Assembly: GCA_934230325.1 (NCBI GenBank)
Contig: CAKQEP010000002.1
Coordinates: 76,682 to 140,681, forward strand
Direction of reading: 5' to 3'
Length of the DNA: 64,000 nt
From: an uncultured Clostridia bacterium
GTDB taxonomy: Bacteria; Bacillota; Clostridia; Christensenellales; CAG-314
Shown: piece by piece, positions 7,636 through 15,277 of the stretch
How positions within the stretch are numbered: position 1 is the stretch's first letter
Layout of the letters: every line of letters begins with the position of its first letter
Translations under genes and position numbers: made by a program
Notes under the pieces: generated by a model
Told to the model about the DNA's origin: nothing
Databases searched by the model: none
What the model saw: the letters and a program-made list of their open reading frames with translations, nothing else

Positions 7636-10014
7636 ATGTTCGGATTAGATATACTTTATTATCAACTGATATTGTTGGGAGTGTTTGTGATAGCCACAAT
7701 CGTCGGCTACCTCCTCATAAAAAACGTCCCCAGCTTGCTTCACACCCCCCTTATGTCGGGTATGAACGCCCTTTCCGGCGTGACCGTACTCGGCGCGCTC
7801 ACCGCCGCCGCGTTGCTTTTTAAAAACGTCAGCGTCGTTTTGTCGGCCACTCTCGGCGCCGTCGCCGTCGCTCTCGCAATGGTAAACGTCGTTGGCGGGT
7901 TTGCCGTCACCGACAGAATGTTGGCTATGATTGCTAAAAAAAGAGCAAAATATCAGTCTTTGATTTACGTGTTGACGGCAATAATTGCCGCAGGTATCGG
8001 CGTTCTCGTAGTTTTTAGCAATATTAAACAAGAGGAAACGGCGCAATACTTCTACCTCGCCGCAAGCGTTCTGCTCACTTTGGGCGTGCTCGTCGGTATC
8101 GCTATGATGAGCAAGGTTAATATAAGCAAAATCGGCAACAGAGTCAGCGCCGTTTGCATGCTTCTTTCTATTATACTTACTATCGTTTACAACAAAATTT
8201 ATGCGGAATGGTCCATCTATATCGGACTTGCTCTCGGCGCAATCTTCGGCGCAATACTTGCCGCCAAAGTAAAAATGATTCAGATGCCGCAAATGGTAGC
8301 GTTGCTCAACGGTCTCGGCGGCGCGGCAAGCGCAATCGTCGGCGCTTTCGCTATGGCGGGCGTGGGTAGCGGTTTTGACGTATTCAGCAAAATAACCGCT
8401 TCCGTCGCTCTCGCCGTCGGTATGGTCACTCTCGTCGGAAGCCTTGTCGCCGCAGGAAAACTGCACAAAATTCTGCCGCAAAAACCCGTAGTGTACAAAG
8501 GTCACCAAGCGTGGACTATGGGAAGCCTTTTTTTGACCATCGTCGGCATCGTCTTGTACTGCGTCTTTGCTAAGGAAAACGCAAACCTCGCCATCGCTCT
8601 CGGTATCGCCGCTATCGGCGCGCTGTCGTCTTTCTTTGGGTTTATTTTCTCAATAAGAGTGGGCGGCGCGGATATGCCGATAACTATTTCTTTGCTCAAC
8701 AGCCTGAGCGGCGTTGCGGGCGCAATTGCAGGTCTTGCCATAAACGACCTTTTGCTTGTCGCCGTAGGCGGAATCGTCGGAGCGTCGGGCTTACTTCTCA
8801 CGCAAATTATGTGTAAGGCAATGAACCGTCGGTTGGGCGCGATTTTGATGGGCGCGACGGCGGCGCAACCCGCTCAACGTAAACCCGAAAACAACACTGC
8901 AACCAATAAAAAAGAATCCGAACAAAAGCAAGAACAAGTCGTTGTAGAGCAAAATCCTGCGGCTCAACTTAAAAACGCAAAGGAAGTCATTATTGTTCCC
9001 GGATACGGCATGGCAATTGCTCAAGCGCAACACCTTGTCAAAAAACTTGCGGACAAACTCACCGCAAACGGTACGAAGGTAAAATACGCCGTTCACCCCG
9101 TTGCAGGTCGTATGCCCGGCCATATGAACGTTCTTTTGTGCGAAGCAAACGTCGAGTACGAAGATTTGTTTGAAATGGGAGATATTAACCCCGAATTTAA
9201 AACTGCAGACGCCGCTATCGTCATAGGCGCAAACGACGTACTCAACCCCGCCGCAAGAGAAGCAAAAGACACACCCATTTACGGTATGCCCGTGTTGTCG
9301 GTTGACGAATGTAAAAACATTTATATTTTCAACTACGACCTTAAACCGGGATATGCGGGAGTAGAAAACCCCCTGTATTCCCGTAAAGAAGGCGTTCACC
9401 TTTATCTCGGCAATGCTCAAGACACTCTGGCTAAATTCATTAACGATATAGACAAAGGCGAAACTATTAAGACCGAACAAAAGCAAGAACAAATCGTTGT
9501 AGAGCAAAACCCTGCGGCTCAACTTAAAAACGCAAAGGAAGTCATTATTGTTCCCGGATACGGTATGGCAATTGCTCAAGCGCAACACCTTGTCAAAAAA
9601 CTTGCAGACAAACTCACCGCAAACGGTACGAAGGTAAAATACGCCGTTCACCCCGTTGCAGGTCGTATGCCCGGCCATATGAACGTTCTTTTGTGCGAAG
9701 CAAACGTCGAGTACGAAGATTTGTTTGAAATGGGAGATATTAACCCCGAATTTAAAACTGCAGACGCCGCTATCGTCATAGGCGCAAACGACGTACTCAA
9801 CCCCGCCGCAAGAGAAGCAAAAGACACACCTATTTACGGTATGCCCGTGTTGTCTGTTGACGAATGTAAAAACATTTACATTTTCAACTACGACCTTAAA
9901 CCGGGATATGCGGGAGTAGAAAACCCCCTGTATTCCCGTAAAGATGGCGTTCACCTTTATCTCGGCAACGCTCAAGATACTTTGGCTAAATTTATTGACG
10001 ATATAGACAAGTAA
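7636..10014 (+). CDS. pntB: fused NAD(P) transhydrogenase alpha part 2 + beta subunit (dII membrane domain) with two tandem dIII NADP(H)-binding domains
   Basis: The first ~105 aa are PntAB-like TM helices ending GGFAVTDRMLAMIAKKR. PntB TM helices follow. The soluble block VIIVPGYGMAIAQAQH...VHPVAGRMPGHMNVLL...GANDV then occurs twice. Confidence 0.85.
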   Translation: MFGLDILYYQLILLGVFVIATIVGYLLIKNVPSLLHTPLMSGMNALSGVTVLGALTAAALLFKNVSVVLSATLGAVAVALAMVNVVGGFAVTDRMLAMIAKKRAKYQSLIYVLTAIIAAGIGVLVVFSNIKQEETAQYFYLAASVLLTLGVLVGIAMMSKVNISKIGNRVSAVCMLLSIILTIVYNKIYAEWSIYIGLALGAIFGAILAAKVKMIQMPQMVALLNGLGGAASAIVGAFAMAGVGSGFDVFSKITASVALAVGMVTLVGSLVAAGKLHKILPQKPVVYKGHQAWTMGSLFLTIVGIVLYCVFAKENANLAIALGIAAIGALSSFFGFIFSIRVGGADMPITISLLNSLSGVAGAIAGLAINDLLLVAVGGIVGASGLLLTQIMCKAMNRRLGAILMGATAAQPAQRKPENNTATNKKESEQKQEQVVVEQNPAAQLKNAKEVIIVPGYGMAIAQAQHLVKKLADKLTANGTKVKYAVHPVAGRMPGHMNVLLCEANVEYEDLFEMGDINPEFKTADAAIVIGANDVLNPAAREAKDTPIYGMPVLSVDECKNIYIFNYDLKPGYAGVENPLYSRKEGVHLYLGNAQDTLAKFINDIDKGETIKTEQKQEQIVVEQNPAAQLKNAKEVIIVPGYGMAIAQAQHLVKKLADKLTANGTKVKYAVHPVAGRMPGHMNVLLCEANVEYEDLFEMGDINPEFKTADAAIVIGANDVLNPAAREAKDTPIYGMPVLSVDECKNIYIFNYDLKPGYAGVENPLYSRKDGVHLYLGNAQDTLAKFIDDIDK
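8920..10011 (+). repeat. tandem direct duplication with a 555-bp period (copy 1 8920-9474, copy 2 9475-10011), in frame within pntB
   Basis: Hand alignment of the two copies found 14 single-base differences over about 537 shared bp and no indels. Confidence 0.95.
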
Positions 10015-10035
10015 AAATTTAATTACGACAAAAAA

Positions 10036-10066
10036 ACGGCTGATTTTGCGTCAGCCGTTTTTTTTT
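10036..10066 (+). terminator. intrinsic terminator of the pnt operon
   Basis: ACGGCTGA-N7-TCAGCCGT followed by a T9 run. Confidence 0.75.
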
Positions 10067-10103
10067 ACGCTCAACGTTATTCTTTATCTTAAAAAGTGCG
10101 TTT

Positions 10104-10322
10104 TTAATAATATTCGTCGCTCAAACCGAGAATATAATCGGATTTTACTTCCAAAAGTTTACATAATTTTGCTAAAGTATCCAACGCAGGAAAAATATCC
10201 CGTTTCATATATTTAGAAACCGTTTGCGGCGATACCCCTATTTCTTTTGCTATTTGACGTTGCGAAAACTGTGAATTTTTTATGCAATCCCGCAATCGTA
10301 TTTGTATATCTTTCAAGTCCAC
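10104..10322 (-). CDS. XRE-family helix-turn-helix transcriptional regulator
   Basis: 72 aa with QRQIAKEIGVSPQTVSKYMKRDIFPALDTLAKLCKLLEV, a Cro/C1-type HTH. GTG start. Confidence 0.85.
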   Translation of the reverse strand: MDLKDIQIRLRDCIKNSQFSQRQIAKEIGVSPQTVSKYMKRDIFPALDTLAKLCKLLEVKSDYILGLSDEYY

Positions 10323-10369
10323 TACTATACACCCGATTTAATATTATTAACTTGTAAAAATTATCGCAC

Positions 10370-10416
10370 AATATACGATAATTTTCTTGACAATCGTATA
10401 TTAGGTGATATATAAT
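10370..10416 (+). promoter_or_regulatory. promoter TTGACA-18-TATAAT overlapped by a perfect 10-bp inverted repeat (candidate XRE operator)
   Basis: AATATACGAT (10370-10379) and ATCGTATATT (10393-10402) flank the -35 (10387-10392). The -10 is at 10411-10416. Confidence 0.5.
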
Positions 10417-10465
10417 ACAAGCGTCGATACAAAAATCGACAAAAAACAACTTTAAGGAGGCTTTT

Positions 10466-11026
10466 ATGTCGGATTACGTAGAAAACAATTTAGGAATGGG
10501 AGAAAAAGTAGTATTAAGAGCAAAAATCAGTTGGCTTACGCTACTAAAACCGATAATATCATGCGTTTTGATAGAAATTATTTTCCATGTCATACTCAGT
10601 ATGGTGTTAAAATCTTTTGACGATCCAAAAACAAAGACAATAATCATCGTGGTTTTGGAAATACTGATTCAGGTTATTGCTTGGTTGCCGTTGATAAAAC
10701 AAATCATAATAAACAACACTACAAAACTTGCAGTAACAAACAAGCGCATAATAGGCAAAATCGGGGTTTTTAGCATACACACAATCGATTATCATATAGA
10801 AAAAGTAGATAATATATCTTATAACGCGGGTGCGTGGGGAAATTTTTTAAAATACTACCGCGTCACGATAAGCGGAACAGGTGGTGACAGTATCACTGTC
10901 CCCGCAGTAAGCAACGCACAAGAGTTTAAAAATAAAGTTAACGAAGCAATAGAAAATCACGCCGCAGAAGCGAGAAGGTCGCAAGCGTCGGAAATTGCCG
11001 CCGCAATCTCCGACACAAGAAGATAA
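10466..11026 (+). CDS. membrane protein with a bacterial PH (bPH_2/YdbT-like) domain
   Basis: An N-terminal soluble stretch is followed by two TM helices. Then comes KLAVTNKRIIGKIGVFSIHTIDYHIEKVDNISYN, typical of bPH domains. SD AAGGAGG. Confidence 0.65.
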   Translation: MSDYVENNLGMGEKVVLRAKISWLTLLKPIISCVLIEIIFHVILSMVLKSFDDPKTKTIIIVVLEILIQVIAWLPLIKQIIINNTTKLAVTNKRIIGKIGVFSIHTIDYHIEKVDNISYNAGAWGNFLKYYRVTISGTGGDSITVPAVSNAQEFKNKVNEAIENHAAEARRSQASEIAAAISDTRR

Positions 11027-11049
11027 ACGCAAAAGCAACGCATCGTCAA

Positions 11050-11085
11050 AGCGTTCTGACATTAACCGTCGGAACGCTTTTTTTA
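11050..11085 (+). terminator. intrinsic terminator
   Basis: AGCGTTC-N15-GAACGCT followed by T8. Confidence 0.55.
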
Positions 11086-11212
11086 TTAAAATCGCTTTAA
11101 ACTAAATAATTAACCGTTTTTTGACGCCAACGCGCATTTTTGCGCATGCGTGGGTTTGGTTATATAAAAAAACGGGTAAAAAACATTTTGAAATATGCAT
11201 TTTAGGATATGC

Positions 11213-11250
11213 AAAAAAGGGGTTTGGCGTAAAGCCAAACCCCTTTGATT
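11213..11250. terminator. bidirectional terminator serving gdhA
   Basis: GGGGTTTGGC-GTAAA-GCCAAACCCC with an A-run 5' and a T-rich tract 3'. Confidence 0.7.
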
Positions 11251-11286
11251 GTTTTTGTTTTGATTGTTTTTGTAAAGTTGTGATTA

Positions 11287-12636
11287 TTACACCAAGCCTT
11301 GTGCAATCATAGCGTCCGCTACCTTCTTGAAGCCTGCAAGGTTTGCGCCCATAACAAGGTTGTAACCGAGTTTGTACTCTTCAAGAACGTCAACGATTTG
11401 CTTGTGAATGTTCTTCATGATGCCGTGAAGTTTTGCGTCAACTTCTTCTGCAGACCAAGAAAGTCTTTCGCTGTTTTGGGACATTTCAAGACCGGAAACA
11501 GCAACGCCGCCTGCGTTGACCGCTTTGCTCGGGCATACGAGAACGCCGTTTTCTTGCAAGTAAGCAAGAGCCTCGTTGGTGGTGGGCATGTTGGAAACTT
11601 CGTTAACGATTTTTACGCCCATCTTTACGATTGCTTTAGCGTCTTCTATACGGATTTCGTTTTGCATTGCGCAAGGCATATAGATGTCAGCCTTTACGTT
11701 GCCCCAAGGCTTTTTGCCTGCTACAAATTCGCAACCGAATTTGTCGGCGTAATCTTTAACGACGTTGCGGCCGCTGGAACGCATAACAAGCATATACTTG
11801 ATTTTGTCGCCGCTTACGCCGTCTTTGTCGTAAATGTATCCGTCAGGACCGCTGAGCGTAAGTACTTTGCCGCCGAGTTCTGTGATTTTGAGAGCCGCGC
11901 CCCATGCAACGTTGCCGAAGCCGGACAAGCAGAACGTCTTACCTTTGATGGTATCTTTTTGGTGTTTAAGAACTTCGTTGAGGAAGTAGGTTGCGCCAAA
12001 GCCGGTCGCTTCCGGTCTGATAAGGCTGCCGCCAAAGGAAACTCCCTTGCCGGTCAAAACGCCGTTTTCATAAGCGTTTCTGATGCGTTTGTATTGTCCG
12101 AAAAGATAGCCGATTTCTCTGCCGCCAACGCCCATATCGCCTGCGGGGATATCGACGTCAGGTCCGATATGACGATAAAGTTCCGTCATAAAACTCTGGC
12201 AAAAACGCATAATTTCTGCGTCGCTCTTGCCTGCGGGATCAAAATCGCTGCCGCCTTTGCCGCCGCCCATAGGAAGGCTGGTAAGGCTGTTTTTAAGAAC
12301 TTGTTCAAAGCCCAAGAACTTGATGATGCTGAGGTTTACGTTTGATTGAAAACGAAGACCTCCCTTGTACGGGCCTATTGCGCTGTTAAATTGTACTCTG
12401 TAACCGCGATTGACGTGGGGTTGACCTTTGTCGTCCGTCCAAGTCACGCGGAACATGATTTGACGTTCCGGCTCTACCAAACGCTCCAAAATAGCGTTTT
12501 TGCGGTACAGTTCTTCATTTGCTTCTACGACGGGAGCAAGGCTGGTAAGAACTTCCTTAACCGTTTGCATAAATTCCGGTTGTCCGGGATTTTTTGCTTC
12601 TGTTGCGGCGATAACTTCGTTAATGTAGTTAGACAT
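11287..12636 (-). CDS. gdhA: NADP-specific glutamate dehydrogenase
   Basis: 449 aa with LPMGGGKGGSDFDPAGKSD, the GDH active-site Lys motif, and GFGNVAWGAA as the dinucleotide fold. SD GGAGGA. Confidence 0.95.
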   Translation of the reverse strand: MSNYINEVIAATEAKNPGQPEFMQTVKEVLTSLAPVVEANEELYRKNAILERLVEPERQIMFRVTWTDDKGQPHVNRGYRVQFNSAIGPYKGGLRFQSNVNLSIIKFLGFEQVLKNSLTSLPMGGGKGGSDFDPAGKSDAEIMRFCQSFMTELYRHIGPDVDIPAGDMGVGGREIGYLFGQYKRIRNAYENGVLTGKGVSFGGSLIRPEATGFGATYFLNEVLKHQKDTIKGKTFCLSGFGNVAWGAALKITELGGKVLTLSGPDGYIYDKDGVSGDKIKYMLVMRSSGRNVVKDYADKFGCEFVAGKKPWGNVKADIYMPCAMQNEIRIEDAKAIVKMGVKIVNEVSNMPTTNEALAYLQENGVLVCPSKAVNAGGVAVSGLEMSQNSERLSWSAEEVDAKLHGIMKNIHKQIVDVLEEYKLGYNLVMGANLAGFKKVADAMIAQGLV

Positions 12637-12685
12637 AAAAATTCCTCCACAATTTTAGGGATTTTCTCCCCTTATGTTCGGCTTA

Positions 12686-12714
12686 ATTATAGATTTTTAA
12701 ACCGATAATGTCAA
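12686..12714 (-). promoter_or_regulatory. consensus promoter TTGACA-17-TATAAT for gdhA
   Basis: On the reverse strand, -35 is at 12714-12709 and -10 at 12691-12686. Confidence 0.6.
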
Positions 12715-12848
12715 GCAAAAAACGGCAGTTTTTATGCACTTTTTGAATATTTTTTCAATACCCTTTTTTTGCCTCCGTCGCACACGGCAAATACCCTCCA
12801 AAGCAAGAATTTTCACACTTAATTTTTATTTTGACAAAACGATATTTA

Positions 12849-12877
12849 TTGACTTATCTCGTTATATTTGTTAAAAT
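12849..12877 (+). promoter_or_regulatory. promoter TTGACT-17-TAAAAT
   Basis: The hexamers are at 12849-12854 and 12872-12877. SD GGGAGG and ATG 12899 follow. Confidence 0.55.
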
Positions 12878-12898
12878 ATAGTTGTCTGGGAGGATAAA

Positions 12899-13765
12899 AT
12901 GAACAAGCTCAAAAGACGGTTGCACCTTTTTTGCGGGTTGTTGCAAGCCATTGCGGGGATATTTCTTTTGGTCGGCGGCTTGTTTACTGCGTTTAAGTGG
13001 GTGATTCAAAACAAAACAAACGAGTTTTTGCCCGATTTTTATCAAAAAGCGTCAAAAATAATTACGTCGCCGCTGTTGCTTAAAATCGCCGTGCCTATCG
13101 CTGCCGCCGTCGTCGGTCTGTTTTTGTTTTCGCTCGCTCGCAAACTGCTAAAAAATCCTTACGACCCCGTCAAAAAAAAGTTTAATCAACGCAATATTAC
13201 AACAGTTTTGTCCGTCGTGTTTAACGCGTTGTGCGCTTACGTGGCTTTTAAAGGATTTGAAAATATTTACGGAATAGTCGGCGGCGTGTTTTTTGCCGTC
13301 GTCGCGGCGTTGGAAGCCGTGTCGCTTTTCCCCAACTATGTGGACGTTGACTCCCCCTCCCGACTTTCTGCAAGAGAACTTAAACAACAACAGCAAATGG
13401 CAACGGAAATTCAAAAAATTTACGTTTCGCCAAAGGAATGGGACTTTCGCTTTAACGAGCTTATTCGCCTTTACAAACGCAAAAAGTTGGATCAGGCGGA
13501 TTTTTTCGGTTGCATAGACAGTTTGATGAGATTGCCCGTTCAGGCGGATATAACCTATAAGATGGGATACTTAAAAAAACTTTACAGAAAAAGACTTATC
13601 GACCAAAACGCCTATTCTTCCTTTTTGGGCGCGATACTTACTTCGCCGAGTACGTCAAATCTGCGTACAAAAACTCGGTATCTGGAAAAAATGAGAAACA
13701 AAAGCCTTATCGACGACGCAACTTATGGGCGGATTATTCAACAAATAATGATGTCGGTATATTGA
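12899..13765 (+). CDS. hypothetical 4-TM membrane protein with three C-terminal SHOCT-like short repeats
   Basis: TM helices occupy the first ~150 aa. Then come LIRLYKRKKLDQADFFGCIDSLM, YLKKLYRKRLIDQNAYSSFLGAIL and YLEKMRNKSLIDDATYGRIIQQIM. Confidence 0.6.
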   Translation: MNKLKRRLHLFCGLLQAIAGIFLLVGGLFTAFKWVIQNKTNEFLPDFYQKASKIITSPLLLKIAVPIAAAVVGLFLFSLARKLLKNPYDPVKKKFNQRNITTVLSVVFNALCAYVAFKGFENIYGIVGGVFFAVVAALEAVSLFPNYVDVDSPSRLSARELKQQQQMATEIQKIYVSPKEWDFRFNELIRLYKRKKLDQADFFGCIDSLMRLPVQADITYKMGYLKKLYRKRLIDQNAYSSFLGAILTSPSTSNLRTKTRYLEKMRNKSLIDDATYGRIIQQIMMSVY

Positions 13766-13862
13766 TTTGTTTGTATAAAAAAACAAAGCCGTCGGCGTGG
13801 GTACGTTAAAACAAACTCGTTATAATACGTACGCTCTCCGACGGTTTAAATTTTTGTTAATA

Positions 13863-14462
13863 TTACTGCGCCACAACGTCAAAACTGTTTTCGTTGAGAA
13901 GAATATCTATATAATTGACCATTTCCTCCTCAGTGTACTTGCTGTCGTTGTTGAGCCACCACGATATGAGATTGACAAGTCCGCCGGTAAAAAACGACGA
14001 CATTATATTGATAGGTATACGGTACTTTTTAAACTCTCTGTTTTGCAACAAAATATACTTTATGCTGCGTTGCAACGCGTCCATAGCCACGCTAAAAACG
14101 TCGTCGGAATTGAGATTTTTGTACACCGCAAGCACGGACTTTTTGTGTTTTGCAAGATAAGCGAATCCGTTGCGCGCAAGGTACATATACATGGCTTTGG
14201 GGTTATCAAAGTCGTGCGCTTGACTGATGTCGAGAAAAATTTCCTCCTTCAAGTCCTCCAAAGCGTACATAAGAAGATGGTCTTTGTTTTCAAAGTGTTT
14301 GTAAAAAGTCGTACGATGAACCATCGCTTTGTTGCATATGTCCATTACCGATATTTTGTCGTATGAACGAACCTTTAACAAATCAAACAAAGCAGTTTTT
14401 AAAAGTTTTATCGTGCGTACTATACGCATATCTTCCTTTGTTTTAAACTGTTTATTATCCAT
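13863..14462 (-). CDS. TetR/AcrR-family transcriptional regulator
   Basis: IVRTIKLLKTALFDLLKVRSYDKISVMDICNKAMVHRTTFYKHFENKDHLL is a TetR_N HTH. I prefer ATG 14462 because a consensus promoter lies inside the longer track ORF. Confidence 0.85.
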   Translation of the reverse strand: MDNKQFKTKEDMRIVRTIKLLKTALFDLLKVRSYDKISVMDICNKAMVHRTTFYKHFENKDHLLMYALEDLKEEIFLDISQAHDFDNPKAMYMYLARNGFAYLAKHKKSVLAVYKNLNSDDVFSVAMDALQRSIKYILLQNREFKKYRIPINIMSSFFTGGLVNLISWWLNNDSKYTEEEMVNYIDILLNENSFDVVAQ

Positions 14463-14468
14463 AGCGGT

Positions 14469-14518
14469 ATTGTACAACATATTTTTTATTTTGTCAACAC
14501 TATAAACAGTTGCGACAA
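14469..14518 (-). promoter_or_regulatory. promoter TTGACA-17-TACAAT, 6 nt from ATG 14462, with an imperfect palindrome over the -35 (candidate TetR operator)
   Basis: The -10 is at 14474-14469 and the -35 at 14497-14492. TTGTCAAC...GTTGCGACAA spans 14491-14518. Confidence 0.5.
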
Positions 14519-14656
14519 ATATATTAAAAACCTTGCTATTTTTAACAAGATGTGATATATTAGTGCCAAGAAGTCGATTTTATTGTTCTAACAACGATAT
14601 TTTTACTTATCGACGACGTTCTAATCGGGTTCTAATCAATTAAGGAGGTTTACACT

Positions 14657-14845
14657 GTGGAAGATATCAAACTTGTATGCAAAGATTGCGGTAAGGAATT
14701 TGTTTTTACCGTCGGCGAGCAAGAGTTTTATCAGGAAAAGGGTTTTACTAATCAACCCGTCCGTTGTCGCGAATGCCGCAAAGCAAGAAAAAGCGCAAGA
14801 AACAAATCCAGACAGCAAGAAGAAAATCAAGAACAGGCGCAATAA
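14657..14845 (+). CDS. small zinc-ribbon protein (CxxC...CxxC) with a basic tail
   Basis: VCKDCGKEFVFTVGEQEFYQEKGFTNQPVRCRECRKARK. SD AAGGAGG lies 8 nt before the GTG start. Confidence 0.7.
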   Translation: MEDIKLVCKDCGKEFVFTVGEQEFYQEKGFTNQPVRCRECRKARKSARNKSRQQEENQEQAQ

Positions 14846-14880
14846 CCGCTATTGATTTAGATTTGTATCAAAGTTTTTTA

Positions 14881-14908
14881 AGACGCAGAAAAAATCTGCG
14901 TCTTTTTG
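14881..14908 (+). terminator. intrinsic terminator
   Basis: AGACGCAGA-AAAAA-TCTGCGTCT followed by a T-run. Confidence 0.75.
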
Positions 14909-15200
14909 TTTGTTTTTTGCTTTTTTAACGCAACCAAAAACAAATCGCGCCGCAAAAATTTTTGCCCGTTACCGCAAAACAGTTGACATTTTTTTCTAAA
15001 TGCTTTAAACATATATTAAACTGTTTATATTAAATATTAAACCGTTTTGGGGCTATGCCCGTAAATCACCCGCAATGGGTAAGAGGAATACTATTATAGA
15101 ATAAACGCAAAAAACAAAATCAAGGTTGTCGTCGGTAGTCGCTAATTGTTTTTGTAATGTTTAAAGGCATTGCAAACGATAATTAGTTTTGACGATAAAT

Positions 15201-15269
15201 GCCAAAAGGCAACACTAAACGCCAAAAGGCAACACTAAACGCCAAAAGGCAACACTAAACGCCAAAAGG
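15201..15269 (+). repeat. perfect 20-bp tandem repeat (GCCAAAAGGCAACACTAAAC x3 plus a partial fourth copy) ending in the mgtE SD
   Basis: Read directly from the sequence. The fourth unit diverges into GCCAAAAGGAGGTAAAAATG, which is the SD plus the start codon at 15278. Confidence 0.95.
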
Positions 15270-15277
15270 AGGTAAAA

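Noticed and set aside
8920-10014. The pntB duplication as an assembly artefact or a collapsed heterozygous/strain variant
   Set aside because: I considered this seriously. An artefactual duplication would normally be identical, but the copies differ at 14 sites and 11 of these are synonymous. The junction is in frame, and copy 2 ends in a natural stop and terminator. Read-level confirmation is still advisable, because a chimeric join of two strain alleles cannot be fully excluded from sequence alone.
15040-15200. Possible M-box (ykoK) Mg2+ riboswitch in the long mgtE leader
   Set aside because: mgtE is a classic M-box target, and a few short stretches (CGTTTTGGGGCT, GCCCGTAAAT, CAATGGGTAAGAG) loosely resemble M-box segments. 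However, I could not find the highly conserved GGUGAGG and CUAAAGCUCUACG-type elements, the P2 hairpin or a terminator expression platform. A covariance-model search with Rfam RF00380 is needed, so this is not called.
15201-15269. CRISPR-like array
   Set aside because: The 20-bp units are directly adjacent with no spacers, there are only about 3.5 copies, and no cas genes or leader are present. It is a simple tandem repeat.
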